A stretch of 64,000 bases of DNA. Origin: Diplonema japonicum. Its lineage: Eukaryota; Protista; Euglenozoa: Diplonemea. Below are positions 38,448-49,466 of this stretch, one piece after another. Location: NCBI GenBank assembly GCA_964019335.1, contig OZ025661.1, positions 496,001 through 560,000 of the forward strand, read 5' to 3'. A model generated the notes under the pieces. It made no database searches. It was not told the DNA's origin and saw only the letters and a list, made by a program, of their open reading frames with translations. Positions within the stretch are counted from its first letter, which is position 1; every line of letters starts with the position of its first letter. Both the position numbers and the translations under genes were made by a program.

Positions 38448-39748
38448 TCACTCCTCTTTCTTCGGGTCTTTGGCGGTGTAGGTAAAGGGTGCCACCAAGG
38501 CAGCACACAAAGGCGCCATGGCCATTGCAGTGTATGCGTAGTCGAGGTCCTCGGGTTGTGCGTCAAAGAGGTAACTGGTAGTGGTGGTAGTGGTGTTTAA
38601 AGCCATTCATACCCTGCGACAAGAGGGGCGACCGCCCGTGCCAGTGCGGTGGTCGACGACAGCGACCCAAGCATCGATCCCTTGGTGCGTTAAATATGAT
38701 GAGTTCAGCATACCTGCAACTTCTTGCTTGTAGACAACGAGGTGATGGTCTGGTACGCCAGCTCCGACAGCCCGTATCCAAAGCCGAGAAGGAACAATGG
38801 AATGAAGATAGTCCATGTCGCGTACATCCACCTGTGCAGTGCGAGGGACGAGAACATCATGATATTCCCTGCGAAAGCGGCCTTGGTGAGGAACTGCGGC
38901 GCGTTCTTCACACGTGCACGTGCCTTCCACATGGCCAGGATCAGAGCAAGCGACAACCACGCAAATGCCCACCCAACATGCTTCCTCTGGTAACCCAGCC
39001 TTTCGCCTGCCCAGATGCCGAACGTTGTGTTCCACCCCATAAAGGCAAATGTCCCGGCGAACTGTGATGCCAACACGAGCAACATAGAGGGCTTTGTGAT
39101 GGTCGCAACGTAGCCACCCCAGCTAACGCCACTCCCATCTACTGCTTCTTTCTCCTTGAGTCCAAGACTTTCCTCGAGTTTCACGTAAGCATACACAAAA
39201 TTCAAGGCCGTGAGAACTGTCGTAAAATAGGCAGCAAGAGGCAAGCCGCCAAAGGCGCCGATAATGGCACCTGTCGCAGGACCAACCATGAAACCCAGAC
39301 CGATAAAGGCACCCATGTGCCCTAGGTAGCGGGACCTGTCCTCTGGGGCAGTCCTGTCAGCAATGTACGCCTGGCAGACACTTGTCTCGCTGAAGAAACC
39401 TGCGAGGGCACGTGTCTGGATAAGCCCCTGAAGTGTGGTCGCCGCCGCTGTCATGTAAAGTGTGATGCTGGACATCAAAAGAGAGATCAAGATGATGGGT
39501 CTTCTGCCAAGTGTGTCGCTAAGCCTGCCCAAGATGAAGCTCCCGACGATGCTAGCGGCGGAGTAAGCTGTGAACACCATTCCTACGTTGTAGCCATCGG
39601 CACCCAGCTCTCCTTTTGCATGGGTCTGCAGTAGCGGGAGGACTATCCCACTGGCGAGGAAGTCAAGGAACACCGTGAGATAGATCACCTTCACCTTCGG
39701 GTCTTCCTGCTTCTCCTCGTCCTTCTTGCTGTCTTGAGCGTCGACCAT
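38448..39748 (-). CDS. MFS transporter, DHA1/TetA-like (3 exons)
   Basis: Motif A GRLSDTLGRRP, QAYIAD, GFMVGPATG; two short introns give the final TM segments and TGA at 38448. Confidence 0.9.
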
Positions 39749-39828
39749 TTTGGTATTTATTGTCCCTATTGTGGCATTGCTTGTGGTTTAGTGCAGGAAT
39801 AAAAGTGATCATTGATACTGCGGGGGTG

Positions 39829-40344
39829 TCAGTCAAATCGAGCGTGAACTCTTTTCTTGACCTTCCCTGTGTTCAGCGGCTTCTTTTTCTTGAGTGTAGG
39901 CCTCGCCACCTTTACCGTTGATGCGGGGCGTTTGGGTGGTTCTTGGGGCTCCTCAGGGTACATCTCTTCCTCTTGCGTCACAACAAGCCCCTCTGTTGGT
40001 GAGGGCTCGGGCTCAGCCTCAGCCTCAGGTTCGGGCTCAGGTTCATGGAACCGCACAGGCGGTTCTCGGGCTGGCGCAGTCGTTCCGTACAGCAATGGCT
40101 CTAGTCCTTTAAAGTAATGTTCATACTTCGGCTCCGCTGGAATGATAAAAAAATTTGTCCGTACAACAGGATCACTCACTCTGTTGCTCGTGTCCTCCTC
40201 CTCAGCACCCCACCTATATGTGTCAAACCTTGATTCTCGTTGTATTTGTTTCTTTTGCACAAACGAACCGGAAATCGTCCTCTTCTTTTGTAACTGTTTA
40301 TTCGACTTGTGCCTCTGCTGTGTATTCTTCCATCGTGACGACAT
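39829..40344 (-). CDS. Hypothetical protein (basic ends, EP-rich middle)
   Basis: ORF starting MSSRWK directly after a CAACAG|G acceptor-like site. Confidence 0.55.
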   Translation of the reverse strand: MSSRWKNTQQRHKSNKQLQKKRTISGSFVQKKQIQRESRFDTYRWGAEEEDTSNRVSDPVVRTNFFIIPAEPKYEHYFKGLEPLLYGTTAPAREPPVRFHEPEPEPEAEAEPEPSPTEGLVVTQEEEMYPEEPQEPPKRPASTVKVARPTLKKKKPLNTGKVKKRVHARFD

Positions 40345-40514
40345 GTTGCCTGTTGATACATGTGGAATGGTGGCAGATATAGGAGGAGAGAATAGGGTTA
40401 GTCTACTCGTAAGTGGGCTAATAAAGAGTGCTTGTATATAACAGTTGGCATGGCGTGTAAAGCATGCCTTGCAACGATGCAAACGAAGGCAAGAATATCC
40501 CTCTGGTACCAGTG

Positions 40515-40931
40515 CTAGATGATGGTCCACCCGTCGTCGTCTGTGCGACTGCAGTCACCCTTCTCGCTGTACTGCTCGTGCGACACAACTGATGGTTCAG
40601 ATGTAGCAGCATCTGTATCTGTGTCAGAGGCATCCTCTGCCCTTCCAACCCGCCTCCACGTAGAGCCTTGCAAGAAGATAGGTGAAAATGTCCACAAGAG
40701 CTCATCTCCGCTACGCCTTTCAAGCCTCGAATTGCAACTCAAGTAGAGATAGTTGTCCCAAACACGGACGGACAGTGATATGCTTCCGCCGTCGCTGGGC
40801 AGGCATTCAACATCCTTGTTCTTCACGATCCAGCGTGCGCCACTGTCGTCGGTCCACTCACCTTGCACCATCTTTACAAGCAGATTCGCATCTCTCCCCA
40901 CAAGCTCCTCCTTCAGTTCCCCCGAGCTCAT
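40515..40931 (-). CDS. Hypothetical protein
   Basis: ORF MSSGELKEEL... preceded by a pyrimidine tract and CACAG; globular-looking W-rich core. Confidence 0.55.
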   Translation of the reverse strand: MSSGELKEELVGRDANLLVKMVQGEWTDDSGARWIVKNKDVECLPSDGGSISLSVRVWDNYLYLSCNSRLERRSGDELLWTFSPIFLQGSTWRRVGRAEDASDTDTDAATSEPSVVSHEQYSEKGDCSRTDDDGWTII

Positions 40932-41215
40932 TGCTGTGCTTGTATTAGCAAAGGAAAGCCAAGGGGGGAAAATAAAAGGAAAACATGAAATCAGAAAGAG
41001 TTCATTGTTCAAGAAAAGGAAGAAAGGATAAGACAGTACAAGAAAGAGGCGGGAAGGAAAAATAAGAAGAGTGATGCCACAAAGCACTACCGGGCGGCAG
41101 AGCGGTGGTGGTTGTGGCAGAGGGGAGGAGCACACCTTAATGGTGCACTTTAACAAGAACGAAAGCTAGAGTGGTGGTGCATAATGTACGAAGGGAGTGC
41201 CTTGTCGCACCTGTG

Positions 41216-41680
41216 TCAGACTGCACTGCTGCACGCCTTGATCCACAGTGCGAAGCACGTCCCGAACTGCGCGATAAAGAAAAAGCTACGGACGAAGGAC
41301 AGTGTGCCTTTAGCAACTGAAAGATACGTAATGTTATATCCCAATCTGCACAAAAGCACCAGAACGCAACACACATTGAAGAACTTCGGGTCGATCCTGA
41401 ACACGAAGCTCACCAGCACAGCTGATGTAAACACAATAAAGTTCTCCCACCCGTTCTGGTGGGCACCTGTCGCCCTGCGTACGAAGGCGGCATCCGCGCT
41501 CTGGGTGTCCTCTGCAGCCTCTCCCCACTTCTTTCTCGGTTCTGCAATGACATCGGTCAAGCCTTGGGAAGGCACCACCTTGTGTGCTCTGGCCATGTGA
41601 GGCATCATCACCAAGAACCAGTAGATAGGCATGGACACGGAGGCCATGATGTATGAATTGTCGAAGTCACACGAAGGCAT
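41216..41680 (-). CDS. MAPEG-family membrane protein
   Basis: RATGAHQNGWENF, RLGYNITYL, VRS motifs with hydrophobic helices. Confidence 0.8.
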   Translation of the reverse strand: MPSCDFDNSYIMASVSMPIYWFLVMMPHMARAHKVVPSQGLTDVIAEPRKKWGEAAEDTQSADAAFVRRATGAHQNGWENFIVFTSAVLVSFVFRIDPKFFNVCCVLVLLCRLGYNITYLSVAKGTLSFVRSFFFIAQFGTCFALWIKACSSAV

Positions 41681-41877
41681 TTTTTTTTTTTTTTTAATTA
41701 ATCTGGTATGGGTCGAGGCAAGGGTAGAATAATATTCTATTTAAATAAGAAAAGGAGTGTCCACACTACTGGCACTATTCATTGCGCTTGTCTGCTTTTT
41801 GCAAACTAACAAATAAAGGGTAAGGTATGCTCTAAAATGTGTGGGAGACATCAAGATAAGTTACAATGCACGGCAGC

Positions 41878-43365
41878 TTACTTGAATGCCTTTTTTTTGC
41901 TTTTTGCTGAAGCTGCAGTGGACGACGACGAGTATGACGACGGCAGCGAACTGATGTGCATGCTACTCCTGCTGCTCCTTGTGTTTTGTGTGCTTGTGTC
42001 TGTGTGAATAGATTTTTTTAGCGGCTTCTCGCGAGCCTCTTCCTGCTCCTGATGTGTCCTGTAATTGGATAGCATAGATCGTAGGTGTCGGTGTGCATTT
42101 GCCATGCCGTCCCCTCCTTCTTCACCCCCTTCCGGCATCTCTTCCATGCTCATGTACAGCGGGCCTGTTTCACTCCAGTCGCTACTCGCCATAATCGACA
42201 CCAGTGTCATCATTTCATATTTCATGTCCTCTTCCGAGGAAGGGCCTGTGCCAGCAGTGTACTTTTCCAGGGGTTCAATATCAGTGACGTAGTGAGATTC
42301 GTCTAGGAAGGGGTGCTGCAGCATTTCTGTGCATGAAGGACGGTTGTCTGACAACGGCGAAAAGCAGAGCTGGATGAATTCTTTCCCCTCCTTCGACAAA
42401 TGTGCGGGCACTCTAGGATGATGCCCTTCCTTCCCGTTCCCTATTCCGATGTGGAAGATCAGAGCCACGTTCCCAACGGCACTTTGTGCCTCCCACGGCG
42501 GGAGGTTCGTGGCCAACTCTACGATTGTAGCGCCAATGCTCCACACGTCGCTACCTTTGGACACCTTTCCCGTCACCGCATCAGGTGACATGTACTGAGG
42601 AGTCCCTGCCATGTGTTGCGTGGTTGCGGACTTCTCTTGTATTATTTTGCAGCACCCGAAGTCCGTCACTTTGCAATTCCCATGAGTGTCCACAAGAATA
42701 TTATGTGGCTTAATATCTCTGTGCAAGATACCTAAGGAGTGCAAGTACTGTATCCCTTGGACCGTTTGCCTGGTGAATTTCCTGATTGCCGTTTCGTACA
42801 TCCGCATCCCAGCGAGCTTCAACATACTGTAGAGGGACCCACCAGGCACGAATTCTAAGTAAAGCGATGCCACAGATCGTGTAGTGGTGGCATAACCCTT
42901 CAGTTTCACAATATTCGGATGGTCCAGCTTCTGGAGCATCCTCAGCTCATTGTCAAACGTGGTCAAAGCCCCGACAGCACATCCAACTTGAATGTCCTTG
43001 ACAGCAACCTGCTCCCCTGTAATATTGTTGATACCTAAGTACACGGTACCAAACCCGCCTCTACCAATCACCCTTCGCTTCACGATCTGCTTGGGGTTGA
43101 ATCCCTTCCAGTTCAAGAAGGGTGTCTTTCCCAGCTTGTCTTGTAACATCCTTCGAGTATTCGCACCTCTCATAACTTTTTGAATCTTAACAGCAGCTTC
43201 TTCCCTGTTGCCATGGGGTGGTGCGCTCACAGCCTTCCTCACCTTCCTCCTTACGCCCTTGTGCTCTTCATTCCTGTGTACGCTATCAGGCACCACCTTC
43301 ACGCTGTTCCTTGGTGAACCAGATTTTGACCCGGAAGACGCTTCTTTCTTTTTAGCGAACACCAT
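41878..43365 (-). CDS. Ser/Thr protein kinase, STE11/MAPKKK-like, with IQ motif
   Basis: IQ motif AAVKIQKVMRGANTRR; GRGGFG, VAVK, LEFVPGGSL, HRDIKPHN, DFG, GTPQYMSPD, SDVWSIG. Confidence 0.92.
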   Translation of the reverse strand: MVFAKKKEASSGSKSGSPRNSVKVVPDSVHRNEEHKGVRRKVRKAVSAPPHGNREEAAVKIQKVMRGANTRRMLQDKLGKTPFLNWKGFNPKQIVKRRVIGRGGFGTVYLGINNITGEQVAVKDIQVGCAVGALTTFDNELRMLQKLDHPNIVKLKGYATTTRSVASLYLEFVPGGSLYSMLKLAGMRMYETAIRKFTRQTVQGIQYLHSLGILHRDIKPHNILVDTHGNCKVTDFGCCKIIQEKSATTQHMAGTPQYMSPDAVTGKVSKGSDVWSIGATIVELATNLPPWEAQSAVGNVALIFHIGIGNGKEGHHPRVPAHLSKEGKEFIQLCFSPLSDNRPSCTEMLQHPFLDESHYVTDIEPLEKYTAGTGPSSEEDMKYEMMTLVSIMASSDWSETGPLYMSMEEMPEGGEEGGDGMANAHRHLRSMLSNYRTHQEQEEAREKPLKKSIHTDTSTQNTRSSRSSMHISSLPSSYSSSSTAASAKSKKKAFK

Positions 43366-43415
43366 GTCTACCTATGTGTGTGGTGAGATAACACAGCAAA
43401 GAAGTAACGAAGTAA

Positions 43416-43973
43416 CTAGTGCACGAAGCTACATCTACTTTTCAATTCTAACGCCTCTGCAAGCCCCTGTTCTTCTTTTTGTAAAGAGTAAATAGCTTTT
43501 CGAAGGCGTTTCTGTTCTGCCTGCGAGTCCTCACGAAGCTCGTCGTACTTGCTACGCAGCTCTTCCAATTCAGCACTGAGAACATGTACCTCTCGCACGA
43601 GGGCCGCCTTGTTGGCGGAGGGTGAGGGGGCTTGGACGGGGGATTGGCTAGAAAAGATCCCAGATATCTTAGCCATTTTCAACAACTTCTCTTCCAGAAT
43701 ATGTTTCTCTCTGGCAGTTGTTTTGAGCTTTTTTTCGGAGTGCCTTAACTCGGACGCTAGTTTCTTGTTCTTCGTCTGCTCTTCTCCCAAGGAACTCTGC
43801 AGTTCCGTCACAAGCTGCTGCAGCTTCTTCATCGATTTCATCTGGTACTGCTTGTACCTGTTTGCCTCCTCGACATTCCTGAATGGTACGTCCATGCACA
43901 CCAATGCCGTGTTCACAGCATTAGTCACTGGTGATAGAGCTCTCTCGTACACAGGCTTCCTCACTGCGGGCAT
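43416..43973 (-). CDS. Small coiled-coil protein
   Basis: 185-aa heptad-rich ORF with a TACAG|G acceptor-like site upstream. Confidence 0.65.
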   Translation of the reverse strand: MPAVRKPVYERALSPVTNAVNTALVCMDVPFRNVEEANRYKQYQMKSMKKLQQLVTELQSSLGEEQTKNKKLASELRHSEKKLKTTAREKHILEEKLLKMAKISGIFSSQSPVQAPSPSANKAALVREVHVLSAELEELRSKYDELREDSQAEQKRLRKAIYSLQKEEQGLAEALELKSRCSFVH

Positions 43974-44143
43974 GTGCTCTATCCTGTACCTTAAGTTGAA
44001 AAAAGGGCAGGCATTGATGTAAAAATTATAAGAAGCACAGGCGGGCGGGGTCTATTGCTATGCAACACTTGGTCAACACGCAATGCCCTCGCATGGCCGC
44101 CATCACACACTTATTAACTACTGTCGAACAACACGCAGCAAGT

Positions 44144-45244
44144 TTAGTGTTCCAAAAGGATTTTCAGAGTCCTTCGGAGAGGTTCAGCAGCGCCCCACAG
44201 AAGCTGATCACCGACTGAGAAAGCGGCGAGGTACTCACCTCCTTGTTTCATTTTGTGGATCCTCCCCACATGGATCCTGAGGCTCCCTGAGATAGCAGCA
44301 GGGGTGAGGTCAGCAAGGGTTGCTTCCTTAGTGTTGGGGATGACAGACACCCACTCGTTGTGGGTAGCAAGTTTAAATTCAATCTCTGAGATTGGTACAT
44401 CTTTCTTCAGTTTGATCATGAACGCTTGAGAATGGCACCTCAGCACACCAACACGAACACATAAGCCGTCCACGATCACTTTGTTCTCTTCTGTAAGACC
44501 CAGAATTTTGTTAGTCTCAACATCGCCTTTCCATTCTTCACGGGTCTGGCCAGCTTCGACGCCCTTATCGATCCATGGCAGCAGGGACCCTGCCAGAGGG
44601 TGGCCCCATGCAGCCGTGGTAAGCGGTGTCTCCCTCACACCTTCTTCTACTTCAACAGCAGTGGAGGTATCCATCGTGTCCTTCACGGTATCATGCAGCT
44701 CCCCCATTTGTGTAACAAGCTCCTTCATGTGTCCCTGACCAGACCCGGAGGCCGCTTGGTAGGACATAGATGTCATCCATTCTACAAGGCCCGCTTTGAA
44801 GAGTCCTCCAAGTGCCATGAGCATCAAAGACACGGTACAGTTCCCTCCAGCGAAGGTCTTGGTGCCGTTCTTGATAGCGTTGATCATCACGTCTCTGTTC
44901 ACGGGGTCCAAGCAGATCACAGTGTCACTGTCCATGCGCTTCGTGGAGGCGGCATCTATCCAATAACCGTCCCATACGGCACGCAGGTTGGGCAAGATTT
45001 CCTTCGTATAGTCGCCGCCTTGACAGCTGATGATAACATCACATTGCTTAAGGTCATCCACATCCTTTGCATTCCCCAGCACTGCGTCGCTCTCACCACT
45101 GCATTTTGGAGCCTTGCCTCCAGCGTTAGAAGTGCTGTAAAACCGTGTCTTCACAAACTTGAAGTCGCCCTCCTCCTCCATCCTGCCCATGAGCACGCTG
45201 CCCACCATGCCCCTCCACCCAATTATTCCTAGAGTCTTTGGCAT
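44144..45244 (-). CDS. asd: Aspartate-semialdehyde dehydrogenase, proteobacterial (E. coli-like) type
   Basis: GWRGMVGSVLM, YWIDAAS, GGNCTVSLMLM, YQAASG, VDGLCVR, RCHSQ, GDQLLWGAAEPLRR; intronless. Confidence 0.95.
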   Translation of the reverse strand: MPKTLGIIGWRGMVGSVLMGRMEEEGDFKFVKTRFYSTSNAGGKAPKCSGESDAVLGNAKDVDDLKQCDVIISCQGGDYTKEILPNLRAVWDGYWIDAASTKRMDSDTVICLDPVNRDVMINAIKNGTKTFAGGNCTVSLMLMALGGLFKAGLVEWMTSMSYQAASGSGQGHMKELVTQMGELHDTVKDTMDTSTAVEVEEGVRETPLTTAAWGHPLAGSLLPWIDKGVEAGQTREEWKGDVETNKILGLTEENKVIVDGLCVRVGVLRCHSQAFMIKLKKDVPISEIEFKLATHNEWVSVIPNTKEATLADLTPAAISGSLRIHVGRIHKMKQGGEYLAAFSVGDQLLWGAAEPLRRTLKILLEH

Positions 45245-45500
45245 GTTGCTTCCTGTGTGGTAAGATTGGATGTTACTACTATTGATCATTCTCCAGAAAT
45301 TAGAGGACTAACAGCAGTTGTGCTGAGGCACAGGTGTTAATGAAATTTAAATAAATAAAAGAGATTGACACTAAGACACTGCCTGCCTGTATATGATAGC
45401 CAGCCCTTCCTCACCTGAGAGAATTCCAGTCATGTGTTGCACATAGATTTAGAACACTTTGCATCTCTACACTTGCCTGTACTTTTTAAACACTGCCAGT

Positions 45501-46112
45501 TTACTCGAACCTCTTCATGCGTGCCTGCTTGATGGCCTCTTCCTGTTTGAAATGTGTTTAGACAATCAACTGCCATCTGCATACCTCGGGACTGAGCGCT
45601 GCTGCCTTCGGGGTGTCGTTTTTCTTAGTGTCGCTCTTCTTGGTGTTGTTGTTCTTTCCGCCTTTGCCTTTTCCTTTTCCGCCCTTACCACCTTTTCCGC
45701 TCTGGCGCGCTTTTTTTGTAGCAGGTGCTACGTCCTCTTCCTCAGCACCAAAGCGGTCCATCCTCCTCTTTCTCGCCTTCTCCTCCTCAGTCCCGAACCT
45801 TTCCACTCTTTCGGCCCTCCTTTGCTTCTCCTGTTCCTTCTCAAGCACCTTTGCTGCGTCATCTTCCTTTTTCTTGGCCTCCTTTGCTGCAGCAGCCTCG
45901 GCACTAGCTGTCGCCTGCTCTGCAATAACGACTTCCGCTTCGCTCACCAAGTTCAGGAGTCCAGCCATCGTCTTCAAAACAGGAGCTTCAGCGGCGGGCT
46001 CGTTGGTGTCCTCTGTAACTCCGGCGGCCTCAGCAACCTCCTCGGCAACTTCTTCGGTGCTTTCCACAACAGGAACCTCCTCGGTCTCGACGGGCTTTTT
46101 TTCCTCTTCCAT
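45501..46112 (-). CDS. Tho1/SARNP/MOS11 C-terminal-like protein (RxxRFG motifs), 2 exons
   Basis: RVERFG, RMDRFG and, after a GTATG..CAG intron, RMKRFE-stop. Confidence 0.6.
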
Positions 46113-46141
46113 TTTTTTTAGGGTTTTAAGACTACATGTTG

Positions 46142-49100
46142 TTATGGGTTAGTACAGAAATAAATAAAATACGGCTTAGGAGTGTAGCTAGCGCTCCCAT
46201 CTAGGAAGGCTAGTGTGCTCTTGTTGACTAACGTAGCCTTCGGCGGGTGGGACTGGTGTTGGGGTTTGATTGTTGAGATGCTCTGCAAGAAGCCGTGAAT
46301 GAGGGGAAACGGCAAACGACTGTTGTCGTCAAGCAAGACAAACTGCTCTGCACGCCCTTCATAGACGAAGCGGCCGGACTGGCCTGAGATGTAGAAGTAG
46401 AAACTTTCGATCTTACCTCGTTTAGCTAGAATCAAGAAAAGCTCAAAGACCCTCTCCACGACATTAAGGGATGAGGGAACGCCGCCTGCACCGAGCCACA
46501 GTGGAAAGCCTTTAAACTCTGGTACTTCTTTTGACTGCAACACCAAAAGGACTTTTTTACCTGTGCTCCTCACGAATGATATCATCAAATCATAAAGATG
46601 GTCATGCTGCAAGGTCTTCCTGCAGATGACGCCCTGCACCTCTTCTTCCCACAAATCGTTGCCTTGGGTGCTGAGGTGGGACTGGATCCGCGAGCTCATG
46701 GTGTCGATTTTTTCCACGAACTCACTGAAGCAGTTCCTCAGAGCAGTGTGAGGAACGCATCCGACATTGACAATGATGTGAAGCAGCAAGAAACCGCCCT
46801 GGCTATTGAGGCCTACCCCGCAGCCGGGAAGTCCTATGTGCTGCTCTTTAAGGATAAAAGAGTACAATTTGAGCTTTTGCTTAGCATCGACAGGGATGAG
46901 GTTCCATATTGGGACGTAGACGTATAGCATGTCGACTTCTTCTTCGTACGTGAGCGTGATGCATAGCTGCCTCACCTGAAGGTGGTAGTTCCTCCCACCA
47001 TCGTAGAAGATGGGTTTCTCGATCAACTTTTGTCGCTGTAACTCCTGCTGCAACGCATCAATCATCTTTTTTAACTTTAGTTTGTTCCCTCTAACCTCGG
47101 CTAAAAGCGTTGCGGCTGGTGCTTCGGAACATATTGGGGGCAGCTGGTCACGCGGCTTGTCGCTTAGGAGGGCATCTACATGTGTTTGATAACCTTCCAA
47201 ACATGTGCCCATTGACGCTATCACCTCACAAAGCGCAGTGCTCCTCGACAGTTCCAACGATATGGACAGGTGCATCGCTAGCTGGTTGGACCATGTAAGA
47301 GTCACAGTGCCACCGCACACCTGCCTACCAAGATGGTTCCCTTCCATTACACACTCGTAAAGGGCGATTTGTTTTCCAGGAGGGAGCGTGTGCATTTGCA
47401 GGTTGGGAAGAATAAGAGACATGACATGCAGCTCCTCCTTGATCAGTGTGACCTGATAAGTTCTTCCGTTCACTCTTACTTCACACGATCTGTTCAGCAA
47501 CTTCGGCGAAGGTGCATCATTCGCCTTGCTAAGCTCATGCAGTAAGTCCATCGCACGCGACTTGTAGAAGATCTGCTTTCTGCGCGTGTAGTCGGTTCCT
47601 ACCTTTGCAAGCATCTCGTTGGTTTCGAACACTTCGTCCACTTGAGGGCTGAAGACTGTCTTTGTCTCACACCTGTAAGGACAAACAAATACGGAGTCAT
47701 AAGCAGGGCCCTGCTTGCGCTGCTGAGCCCCGAGCATTCGTGACACACAAAACAGGCAGAACAGATGACCACATGCAAGCCTTGAAGGCAGTAACAATGT
47801 GTTCGTACATATCGTGCACTTGTAGCAGTCGGGGACTTCTATTGACATGCGGTCTTTATGTGGAAACTCTTCCGTCAGAAGCTTAAACATCACATCATCT
47901 TCATTGTGTTGTGCGCAGTCAGCAGGACGCATTTTGCCATCGCCTTCGATATTTCCACAGATTTTAACGCGCATGACTCCGTGGTCCCCAGAGGCACGCA
48001 GTTCCGTGTGTTCTTTACTTTCCCCTATGTCAGCAGGTGTCTCCCATGGGAAAGGCTTACCGCCAATAGACAAAAGGTCTCTCACCAGATTGACGTCTCC
48101 TAAGTTCACAGCTGTGTGAATGGCAGCATCGGTGTCATGGTTTTGGACATTGAGATGGCACCCCATTGCCATCAAGAGTCGCATGCATTGTCGCCTCTTG
48201 TTACTCACAGCCAACATTAAAGGAGTGTTCCCACTTGGATCCTTGATGTTTATCATGTACTTGTTGCTGATGACTGTCAAGACCCTTCTCGGCATGATTG
48301 TACATGGTTTCAGTGATGTAGGATAGTGAAAAGTGCTAAGGTGGTGCATGACTGGGACCATGGTCTCTGCATTGCTTGCATGGGGAGACAGATACTCGGA
48401 GTACTTCAGGCACTCCGTACAAGATGAACTGTATTACGTAAGTGGATAGTAAAACATATACCTTGACTTCATCCAGGTCTGGACAACACCAAGTTCACAG
48501 GGATTCCACGTGTCAAGGTGTTGAGGGATACAATCAGGGTCAGCTCTGGGTCAGTGAAATTAATGGTTAATCATACCCTATGAGCATCTTTACGATGCCC
48601 AACTCGGAGGGGTCGGAAAACTGGGAATAGTGAGAGATGGATTCGAGGGCATCATCCTGAGAACCGGCAAGGACGCATGCCTGCGAGATGGGGTGCAGCA
48701 TGGTGGAAGGGTGCGCAAGACGTGCACCATGCTTCAAGAGCTTTTTAACAATCTGAGCATGATTTTTATGACAGGCAAAGTACAGCGGCGTGTATCCGTT
48801 CACCTCATGAACATCAATCAGTACGTTGTTCTCAAGGAGCACGGTCACAACATCTACGTGACCGTTCCACACACTCAAGTGAAGCGCCGTCCGTTGCTTC
48901 AAGTCAGGGAGATCCAAAACTTCCTTCACCAAGCACTTCGGGTGTTTGGTAATAGTGAGCCTTGAAAGAAGGTTTTCACTCTCTTGTCTTCGCTTTAAAG
49001 TTCGGCCAAGCCAGTTTAGGTATTTCTTCGTGCTGTCAGCACCTTCGTAAGCAAGAATCTTAACCTCTTCAGCATTCAAGGTGTCTCCCTTCCACAAGTT

Positions 49101-49373
49101 CTCCGGCTGCATGTTCTTCAAAAGTGCAATAGCATCACGAAGACCGTTATGATGGTTGTAGACAGCAAGGCTGTGGATGATATTCTGCAGGTTTTTCGAG
49201 TGCGTCACTTGAGGATTATGAAGGACAAGGAAACTCAGCAAAACACCGTAGCCCTCTTTGTGTAGCGTCTGTATTCCAATAATTGAGTTTAGGGGTGTGC
49301 ATACCTTTAAGATTTTTGTTATGTCCCACCCGGACCGTATCTTACAGTGGAGGTTTGCATATTGGGGTTCCAT
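46142..49373 (-). CDS. Ankyrin-repeat + RING-HC + two CesT-like domains protein (3 exons, ~1050 aa)
   Basis: Introns 48546..48576 and 48429..48461 join ORFs 48567..49373 and 46142..48361 in frame (KMLIG|ADPD...). ANK motifs RTALHLS, YTPLYFA, NTPLMLA; RING CTIC..CGHLFCLFC..CPYRC; two CesT-like repeats. Confidence 0.8.
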
Positions 49374-49466
49374 GATGACCCCTGCTGTAAGTATGGATAG
49401 GGTTAGTGGTCGGATTAAAAAGAAGAAGAAAAAGATACGAGAACTGAAAAAAGGGAAGTTTTGAGA

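Noticed and set aside
43366-43445. Splicing of the coiled-coil ORF onto the kinase
   Set aside because: The obvious GT..AG join is out of frame, and the kinase has its own pyrimidine tract and AG acceptor.
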